A stretch of 64,000 bases of DNA, from the IMG/VR virus record IMGVR_UViG_3300023199_000204, positions 1 through 64,000 of that record. The stretch is one strand, 5' to 3'. The position numbers were made by a program, and so were the translations under genes. Below, in pieces: positions 38,761 through 46,550 of this stretch (position 1 is its first letter; each line of letters begins with the position of its first letter). Under the pieces are notes generated by a model, which did no database searches, was not told the DNA's origin, and saw nothing but the letters and a program-made list of their open reading frames with translations.

Positions 38761-39024
38761 ATGATTGAAAATGAAGAAAAAATTAAAAGATCTAGAAAAT
38801 GGGTTTTAGCTTTAATGGTGATAATTATCGCAACAGTGGCTGCTTTTGTTCCGCCCCTATTAAGTACTTGGGTTTTTAAAGATACTAGTCGTGTAGTAAT
38901 ATTGACAGGAACAGAATGGGTTTCAGTTATTACTTTAGTCACTGGAGCTTACATAGGCGGTAATGTGTGGCAACGCAAGGTTGAAATAGAGAACGGAAAA
39001 ACTAAAGAAAATGCGGAAGCATAG
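38761..39024 (+). CDS. Small two-TM membrane protein (holin-like)
   Basis: SRKW followed by two hydrophobic helices and a charged C-terminus. Confidence 0.4.
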   Translation: MIENEEKIKRSRKWVLALMVIIIATVAAFVPPLLSTWVFKDTSRVVILTGTEWVSVITLVTGAYIGGNVWQRKVEIENGKTKENAEA

Positions 39025-39035
39025 TGGAGGAATAA

Positions 39036-42000
39036 ATGGGAGATAGCACATATCCAAGTCAAATAGACAACGACCAAAATCTACCGAGGGTAGATGACAA
39101 TATAAGTGAAATTGGTGGAGAGGCTATTAACTCTGTCAGGAGTGCTGTATTTGCTATCGAAGAAGCTTTGGGTATAGAGCCGCAAGGGACTGCGACAGAC
39201 TTAGCAACAAGGCTCGATGCTTCTTTAAATTCAGATGGAACATTAAAAGCTTCAGCCCTTTCTACTGTCGGATTAGTAACTCTTCCTATTACAAATAGTC
39301 AGGTCGCAACGAACGCAGGCATAGTTGAATCAAAGCTTGATTTAAACTATAATACCACATATTTGAAAACAAGGATAGAAGAAGTAAATACGTTTGCTCT
39401 TTCTATTAATGAAGCGTTACTTAGTGATATTGCTAATCTTAATCAGCACGTTGGTCATCCTGGGGTTTTTGGCAGGCATCAAACCTCAGACATTGATGGG
39501 TATATTTCCCCTTATGCTTCATTGAATCTTCAAGGAATTGTTAATGACCTATACACAAGAATTACTAATCATATTGGTGATTTAATAGATGCTCACGACG
39601 CTAGTGCTATATCTGTTGTTCAGGCAAATCTACAATCAATATCTGCCGATGATGTTCAAGAGGCAATAGAAGCCCTAGATTTAGCTCAACTTGTAGAGGT
39701 GATTAAACATAGGGACCAAAACCATAGCAATGGAATTAATAATGACTCAAATGTAAATCTTATTGGTGAAAATCATTCTACTACTTCAGTATCATCTGCG
39801 GCACTAAATTCGTTTAATAGTGGAACAAGAACTATTCAATTTTCTTCTGTCCCTGCTGGAATAAGCTCTGTTAAAAGATATGATAGAATTGATGTGACTG
39901 TTGGTGGAAATACTTATAGAAGAAATATTAAATCAGTAAATACCGCAACTGCCGCCATAGAGGTGTTTAGAGAACTTCCTGTCGGTGGCGCTGGAACTGC
40001 TGTAATTTATCAAAGTTCTGAGGAAACATCAGCAGACTCGCAACTTAAATTAGCATTAAGGCAGCCAAATGTTTCATCAACAGGCGGCTCTGTTATTCAG
40101 TTAATTCACCCATCTTCACCATATATATTGAGCAGTGGATGTGATCCAAGGTTATTGAGTTCAGCAGCCAGTGATATTAAAATTAGATGGGCTACGGGCG
40201 AAACTGCTGATATTGATGTAAATACAGCAATTCAAACTTATCCAGTAGCAAGTTCTTTGCAAAGCACCTGGACTGTTGAAAACCTAGTGATTGCCCTCAA
40301 TGAAACATTTAGATCTGAAACACTAGGATATCACTATCCTCTAATCGCATTTGTTCATAATGGAGAGATTGGAATAGCTTTTGATGAAGCTGATGGATAC
40401 ATTGAAGCTGTCGCCCCAACTTCAAATAGTGCTTGGTCGGCACTAGGATTTAGCGGCACCGAAAAAGTTGACGCATTAGAAAATAGAAACTTTTATATTG
40501 ATGGATATGAATTTTCTGGAATAAGAAAAATAATAGATGCTAATGGAGAAACCACTGGTTCTAGCAATGTAAGCAGCATTGATGTTGATTTGGTTTCAGC
40601 GGGAATTGTTGCTAGTGGATTAGTGAGAGTATCAAACAGTGTTGCTGATGATGGGACATATGTTTATGATGCTATTACTACGTCTACATTAACTATAAAC
40701 GAACACCCTATTTTTACTTCGGATTCTAGCGTTGATATTAAAATTTATTCCGATTATTTTAGTGTTCCCACAACTCCTGTAAATAGAACTCTGTTTGAGC
40801 TTTTTATTGACGGGTATGAATTAGGTGAGGCTGAGTTAAGAGGAATTCCCAGAGCAGAATATATTAATGCTGGAGGAACTCCAGACAATCCAGAAATATT
40901 TTTTGATATAATCTCTGTTTCAAGAAACTTCTCTGCTTCCGAAAAAAGAATTAGATTTGAGGATAATTCTGGTGTAAAAACAGCCCAGCTTGGTTCAAGA
41001 GGCTCCGGATTATTATTGTCAACTTCTGGAGAAACTGTTACTTTACCGACAACAACTGCTGAAGGATATAAATTTAAACTTTATGATCTTAATGGTATTG
41101 ATTACGTGGAATTAATGGTAGCATACAGTAGCTATGCGACCGTCACTAACGACAATGCCATTGATGTCGAGATATATGATAGAATTAGCGAAGATAAGTT
41201 TTTACTTTTGGGAACTGTACTTCACGACAAAACTTCTTTTAAACATCTATTTGATAGAAGACTTTTAGGTAGTGTCGGCAGAAAAGATGTAAGGACTGAT
41301 TATACAAGAGATTATGTTTCCTATCCTCGTTCTTTAATGAGAGGGAATGGAGTTATATATGGATGTGTAGTAGAAAATCCGACAGGAGATTTATATATTT
41401 CTGGCGGGCAAGTAGTTGTTGATGGTCAGATATTTAATATAGAGAGAACTGTATTCTTTGTTCCAGAAGACGCATTGGTTTCAACATATAATGTTTTTAT
41501 TGACTCTGACGGAACCCCTAGATTGTTAAAGGATGACCAACACGTTAGTGGTCAACTAACAACCCCCTCTGTTGCTGAAATTATAGCAAGCAATGATAAG
41601 ACAATTATTGCTCAAGTTGAAGTTAATGCCGGAAATTCTGTAACAGCTATTAATGATTTTAGAAGATTTGTTAATAATCTTGATAATAAAGTTGATTTAT
41701 TTGTTGAAGAAAACAGCATAACTCACGGTTCTTTTGCTTCTATAGACGCAGCTTTAAATTATGCTGATATAGCAGTCGGTGATAATCAACCATTGTCTAG
41801 GGTGTTGAGAATTAAAGGAGATATAAGTATTACATCTAATGTTATTTTATCTAGTAATTTAACTATTGAAGGAGATTGTGGAGGCTCACAAACTACTCAA
41901 ACAGGATCAAGGCTTTCCTTTAATGGCTCAGGATATTTAACTCTTGGAAATAATAATACTTTAAGAAATTTAAATCTATATTCTGAAACCACTAATTTCA

Positions 42001-43577
42001 GTGGCTTAGTTAGAGCAACAGGTAAAGATGATATTTTAATAGAAAATTGTAGTTTTCAATACTCAACTTATGATCCCTCAAATACTGGTATATCTTTATT
42101 AACATCTGGAACAAATATTAATGTTAATAAATGCTCCTTTGCAAATACTGGTTCTTCTATATCTTGCGTTGGTGCTAATCAAGTAATATTTAAAAATAAT
42201 GTATTTGATGATATAGCATTAGCGGTATTATCAGTCGATTCATATGATATGATTATATCAAATAATGTTGTTGATACAAGCAATGTTTACTCAGTGTCTC
42301 CGTATCTAATAAAGCTCCAAAACTGTGGAAGAATTAATATAAGTGATAATATTTTATCAACAGATGCTACGTCAGCAGAAACGGGAGCAATGATACGTCT
42401 TCAAACAACGAGTAACCGAGTTAATATTGAAAACAATATTTTAATGAATACAGATGTTAATTCACAAGGGTTTTCAAAAGGAATTTGGATGGAGGGGTCT
42501 GTTATAGGAGACCACTTTTTTAATATTGTTTCAAATAATCAACTACACTTCTTTTTTGGAACAGCTCCATCTATAGCAATTGATATAGATGCAGGAGATA
42601 ACATATCGGTGTTAAATAATAAAGTATTTAATGCTGCAAGGGCACTTGATATGTTTGACTGTCAATTCTCTACTGTCTCAGGGAATACCCTAAATACTTG
42701 GTTTTCTTCAGAAACAACTGTTAAAATTGATGCCACTACCCCTCTGTTATCTGGAGCATTTAATAATTTAATTAATAATCAAATTGCTTCGTCTAATGTA
42801 GCTCCGAATGCCGAGTTGGTCGAGATAACAGATATTGGGTTTGGAAACACTATATCTGGAAATCTATTTTGTCACTTATTTGCAGTTATTTCTTCAGCAG
42901 CTCTATTATCATGTGCTGCCGATGTGACTCAAATTACTAATAATATTTTTAATGGAGGGATATATAGTACAGCTTCTCCTTTGGTGTATTCAGGTAGTAA
43001 CGGAATGGTAGCTTATAATAATTTGAATCAAATTACTGCAGTTCCAGCAGCAGGGCACACAGATGTTGATGGCTACAGCGCTGATACTATGAATTTAGGA
43101 ACGGAATATAATACATTTATACCGTTAAATCGAGCTAAAAGAAACCATGCCGCATCAGACTGGGAATTTACAGTTGGAGTTGTAACAAATAAAGTATTTC
43201 TTATTGCAACTACTTCCAGCGGAACTCCCAATAATCATTTGTTAATAGAATTTACTCAAGCCGATCTTATGCCATCTAAAACAAATAACTCAATCGAATT
43301 AGTTAAAGTTGAAGTTAGATGTGCGGCAACATTATCGGCAGGTTTAGATTTAGAATTAGTAAAATCAGAATTTAGCTTTGCCGGCAGCGGCGGGTCAACT
43401 ATTGTTTCTGTAACTAATCCAGTTGGCGGCTACGGCTACGGCCCAGAAACAGTTACCTTGACTCCAGCAAGCAGAAAGTTTTTAGGTCCAGATGAATCAT
43501 TCGCTGTTAGGGCAATCTCTCAAGTTGCATCAGTAAATAATATATATGGAGTTATGGTTTATTGGAAATTAAATTAA
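39036..43577 (+). CDS. Large tailspike/fibre protein with C-terminal beta-helix
   Basis: Same N-terminal anchor as 36100; HDASAIS..VQEAI fibre motif; many I.NN beta-helix rungs. Confidence 0.7.
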   Translation: MGDSTYPSQIDNDQNLPRVDDNISEIGGEAINSVRSAVFAIEEALGIEPQGTATDLATRLDASLNSDGTLKASALSTVGLVTLPITNSQVATNAGIVESKLDLNYNTTYLKTRIEEVNTFALSINEALLSDIANLNQHVGHPGVFGRHQTSDIDGYISPYASLNLQGIVNDLYTRITNHIGDLIDAHDASAISVVQANLQSISADDVQEAIEALDLAQLVEVIKHRDQNHSNGINNDSNVNLIGENHSTTSVSSAALNSFNSGTRTIQFSSVPAGISSVKRYDRIDVTVGGNTYRRNIKSVNTATAAIEVFRELPVGGAGTAVIYQSSEETSADSQLKLALRQPNVSSTGGSVIQLIHPSSPYILSSGCDPRLLSSAASDIKIRWATGETADIDVNTAIQTYPVASSLQSTWTVENLVIALNETFRSETLGYHYPLIAFVHNGEIGIAFDEADGYIEAVAPTSNSAWSALGFSGTEKVDALENRNFYIDGYEFSGIRKIIDANGETTGSSNVSSIDVDLVSAGIVASGLVRVSNSVADDGTYVYDAITTSTLTINEHPIFTSDSSVDIKIYSDYFSVPTTPVNRTLFELFIDGYELGEAELRGIPRAEYINAGGTPDNPEIFFDIISVSRNFSASEKRIRFEDNSGVKTAQLGSRGSGLLLSTSGETVTLPTTTAEGYKFKLYDLNGIDYVELMVAYSSYATVTNDNAIDVEIYDRISEDKFLLLGTVLHDKTSFKHLFDRRLLGSVGRKDVRTDYTRDYVSYPRSLMRGNGVIYGCVVENPTGDLYISGGQVVVDGQIFNIERTVFFVPEDALVSTYNVFIDSDGTPRLLKDDQHVSGQLTTPSVAEIIASNDKTIIAQVEVNAGNSVTAINDFRRFVNNLDNKVDLFVEENSITHGSFASIDAALNYADIAVGDNQPLSRVLRIKGDISITSNVILSSNLTIEGDCGGSQTTQTGSRLSFNGSGYLTLGNNNTLRNLNLYSETTNFSGLVRATGKDDILIENCSFQYSTYDPSNTGISLLTSGTNINVNKCSFANTGSSISCVGANQVIFKNNVFDDIALAVLSVDSYDMIISNNVVDTSNVYSVSPYLIKLQNCGRINISDNILSTDATSAETGAMIRLQTTSNRVNIENNILMNTDVNSQGFSKGIWMEGSVIGDHFFNIVSNNQLHFFFGTAPSIAIDIDAGDNISVLNNKVFNAARALDMFDCQFSTVSGNTLNTWFSSETTVKIDATTPLLSGAFNNLINNQIASSNVAPNAELVEITDIGFGNTISGNLFCHLFAVISSAALLSCAADVTQITNNIFNGGIYSTASPLVYSGSNGMVAYNNLNQITAVPAAGHTDVDGYSADTMNLGTEYNTFIPLNRAKRNHAASDWEFTVGVVTNKVFLIATTSSGTPNNHLLIEFTQADLMPSKTNNSIELVKVEVRCAATLSAGLDLELVKSEFSFAGSGGSTIVSVTNPVGGYGYGPETVTLTPASRKFLGPDESFAVRAISQVASVNNIYGVMVYWKLN

Positions 43578-43587
43578 AAGGATAGAT

Positions 43588-44097
43588 ATGAATAAAGAAA
43601 AATCAGGAATAGATTTATTAAAAGAAATAAATGAAAAATTAGATTTGCTCAATAAAAGATTAGAAATAGTTGAGCAAAATAGCAAAATAATGCTTAACAC
43701 AAGAGGAGCGGTTGAACAACCAAAAGAGTTTAAGCCCTCAATTGCCCCAACCCCGAAACCCATTGAAAAGAAGCCAAGAATTATTAATGATCACAGGGAG
43801 TTGAAAAGAGATGATAAAGGGACAGAGTTTAAAGGAGTGAAAGGAAAAACTAAGGTTATAGGCAAAATTAAAAAAGATAATAAGTTTGTTGCTGGGGTTA
43901 TGATAAAAGTTTTTGATTCACAGAAAAATTTAGTTAAACAAACAAAAACAAATAGGGCTGGCGAATGGATGTCTTTTCTTCCCGAAGGCACATATAGTGC
44001 GATATATAGCTTAAAAGATATGATTAATGCAAAAGTTAATTTTAATGTAACTGCTGGGAATAGCATAGTTAGAGTTCCACAACCAAAGGAGATTTAA
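43588..44097 (+). CDS. Coiled-coil plus carboxypeptidase-regulatory/transthyretin-like domain protein
   Basis: V.GV.IKVFD....VK.TKTN..GEW...LPEG.Y. Confidence 0.5.
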   Translation: MNKEKSGIDLLKEINEKLDLLNKRLEIVEQNSKIMLNTRGAVEQPKEFKPSIAPTPKPIEKKPRIINDHRELKRDDKGTEFKGVKGKTKVIGKIKKDNKFVAGVMIKVFDSQKNLVKQTKTNRAGEWMSFLPEGTYSAIYSLKDMINAKVNFNVTAGNSIVRVPQPKEI

Positions 44098-45090
44098 GTG
44101 ATAGAATGTAATAGATGCCGTAGAAATAGAAAACACAAAGCAAAAGGAATGTGTCTTTCTTGTTATTCTGGATCTTTATATAAAAAAATAATTTGCTCAA
44201 ATTGTAAAAATAAAAGAAGACAGTTTAGAAAAAGTTCTTCATTGTGCTCTAAATGTTTTAAACACTTATCTAAATTTAAATGTAAAAATTGTAATAGCAA
44301 AATACATTTTGAAAATGGATTTTGTAAATTTTGTTACATACCTCCAGAGAAAACTTGTAATAGTTGCTATAAAGTCGGTATTCTTAAATCTAATTTATGC
44401 TCTAAATGTTATAATAAAAAATATTATTCTAAAAATATTGGAAAATGCGAAATATGTAAAAAAGAAAAAAACATATTTAACCATAGTGGTAAATATATAT
44501 GTTCAAAATGTAATCATAGGAATATAAGAACTATATCTATTTGTAAAATATGTTCAAAAGAGAAGGTTATATATAAAGACGACAAGTGTAAATATTGTTG
44601 CGTGAAGGTTGGGAAATGTAAAAAATGTAATATAATAAGAAAATTATTTTATGATAATAAAACAGTATGTAGATTATGTTATTATCCTCCTAAAAGAGAA
44701 TGTTATTTTTGTAATAAATATGGAATAATATCAAAAATAAAAGATGGCAAATATATGTGTAATAAATGCTATAATTCTCAACCAGAAAGAATAGCTATTT
44801 TACAAAATAACAGAGCAAGTAGGGGAAATATTTCAGGAAGTGAGTGGTTATATATAATGAATTCTACAAATTGGAAATGTTTTTATTGTGAGCAAAAGTT
44901 GAACAAGAATAATAGAACTGTTGATCATATTATTCCTATAATAAAAGGCGGTTCTAATAGTATAGATAACTTAGTTCCTTCTTGTAATATATGTAATTCA
45001 AGCAAGAACGCCCAAAATGTATTTAAATGGCTTAAAATAAAAAATATTGAATTGACGGAAGAAAAATTAAAAACCCTTGGAGTTAAGTAA
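44098..45090 (+). CDS. Cys-rich HNH endonuclease
   Basis: Many CxxC pairs; CFYC..TVDHIIP..GG....NLVPSC..CN.SK. Confidence 0.85.
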   Translation: MIECNRCRRNRKHKAKGMCLSCYSGSLYKKIICSNCKNKRRQFRKSSSLCSKCFKHLSKFKCKNCNSKIHFENGFCKFCYIPPEKTCNSCYKVGILKSNLCSKCYNKKYYSKNIGKCEICKKEKNIFNHSGKYICSKCNHRNIRTISICKICSKEKVIYKDDKCKYCCVKVGKCKKCNIIRKLFYDNKTVCRLCYYPPKRECYFCNKYGIISKIKDGKYMCNKCYNSQPERIAILQNNRASRGNISGSEWLYIMNSTNWKCFYCEQKLNKNNRTVDHIIPIIKGGSNSIDNLVPSCNICNSSKNAQNVFKWLKIKNIELTEEKLKTLGVK

Positions 45091-45872
45091 TGAGTACATC
45101 GCACAGAGTATATAGTGATCTTTTTCAAGAAGCTAATTTTGTAAATCAGACGGCTGTATCTCAAGGGAAAAATTTACTTATAGATGTTATTAGAGAATCG
45201 TTTAAAAAAGATACATTTTATCGCTATACTCACGACGCCTTTGGTTTCCCTTTAACACCGGATTTAACAGCTCTTCCTCCAGATATTCAAGAGGAAAGAA
45301 CAACAAGAATATATATAGGAGATGTATATCGTTATGATAAAAGATTTAATCCTTCAATAACAGTTAGACATTCTTCGGGAAAATATAAGCCAATATCTAT
45401 TAATCAAAATCATACCACTAAATATAGATTGGATTTGGTAATTGATGGATATGGAAATAGATCATATATTAGGGTTCCGACACATAGGGTCATTACTGGA
45501 GCTTGGGAACAAACATTTGAAGTTAAAATAACTTCAGAAAGCACACAGGACCGCGAAGAATTGACGGATATTGTGACAGGGTATTTACAAGGTGTTGTTC
45601 GTCAAGAACTGTATGAGGCTGGACTTTTTGTTAGAGGAGTGAGTATGAGTTCTGAAACTGAAGAAGATTGGGCTAATGATAAGTTATATATACAGAGTAG
45701 TAGTCTGGAAACATATTCAGAATGGCGTAGGCACCTTCCAATAAATAGTGTAATTGAAACACTTAATTTTTGTTTTAACTATGGTATTTTAGGAAGTGGC
45801 AACTTTGCTTTAGACAGTATTATGGTTCATACTGAAGATAATACAATCAGTTATGAAGTTCCAGTCACTTAA
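45090..45872 (+). CDS. Tail completion/terminator-like protein
   Basis: Position before the sheath; P.ITV..GAW...FEV.I.SES..DREEL.D.V pattern. Confidence 0.5.
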   Translation: MSTSHRVYSDLFQEANFVNQTAVSQGKNLLIDVIRESFKKDTFYRYTHDAFGFPLTPDLTALPPDIQEERTTRIYIGDVYRYDKRFNPSITVRHSSGKYKPISINQNHTTKYRLDLVIDGYGNRSYIRVPTHRVITGAWEQTFEVKITSESTQDREELTDIVTGYLQGVVRQELYEAGLFVRGVSMSSETEEDWANDKLYIQSSSLETYSEWRRHLPINSVIETLNFCFNYGILGSGNFALDSIMVHTEDNTISYEVPVT

Positions 45873-46360
45873 TTTTTAATCCATTCTCTCATAGCACAGC
45901 AGTTTTTACATAAAAGATCATAGTTTTTAAGAGTGTCTCTCATTTTTTTTAAAGACATCCCTTTAAGTTTACTTCTAGTATATTTTTTTCCGTTGTAGAA
46001 TTCATATATTATATAAGGATATGATAAATTACAATCTTCACAACTACCACCTCTTTCTATAATAATTTCTTCCAAATTTTCATTAAATTTTATATCTTTT
46101 ACTTTGTTTTGGCATTCAATACAATAGCTATATGGAGTTCCACTTTTTCTTATATAAAATTCTTTAATATTCTTTCTATTTAAGCACCTAGCACAAAAAG
46201 CCTCATCTTTTTTTAAATTTACAATATAGCTTCTAGAGTTTCCTCCCTTATATTCTGAACAAGAAAGGCAAAATTTTCTACTGGATAATTCCAGTACCTC
46301 TCCAGCTTTGTCTTTGATTTTATTAGGAAATTCTTTATTACAGTTTTTACATTTTATCAT
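45869..46360 (-). CDS. Zinc-finger/HNH-like endonuclease, the only minus-strand gene
   Basis: CxxC pairs, GG.CEDC...YEF...LLCKNC; GAGGA RBS on the minus strand. Confidence 0.6.
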   Translation of the reverse strand: MIKCKNCNKEFPNKIKDKAGEVLELSSRKFCLSCSEYKGGNSRSYIVNLKKDEAFCARCLNRKNIKEFYIRKSGTPYSYCIECQNKVKDIKFNENLEEIIIERGGSCEDCNLSYPYIIYEFYNGKKYTRSKLKGMSLKKMRDTLKNYDLLCKNCCAMREWIKN

Positions 46361-46372
46361 TTTGTCCTCAAA

Positions 46373-46393
46373 TATATTTAGATTTATTGATAG
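46373..46393 (-). promoter_or_regulatory. Candidate late promoter (minus strand) CTATCAAT-N7-AATATA
   Basis: Reverse-complement copy of the motif just upstream of the RBS of the 46360 gene. Confidence 0.45.
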
Positions 46394-46437
46394 TTACTTA
46401 TTTATCTGTCAATCTAAAATGGTTGAAGTTTTATTAT

Positions 46438-46458
46438 CTATCAATAAAACATTATATC
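46438..46458 (+). promoter_or_regulatory. Candidate late promoter CTATCAAT-N7-TATATC
   Basis: Recurrent motif upstream of the sheath gene. Confidence 0.6.
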
Positions 46459-46550
46459 AATGATGCTAAAAATTTTCAATAAAGTCTTGAAATCATATGT
46501 TTTAAGCTATTGTGGGCATCGTCAAATATATATATTTTGGAGGATTTCAA

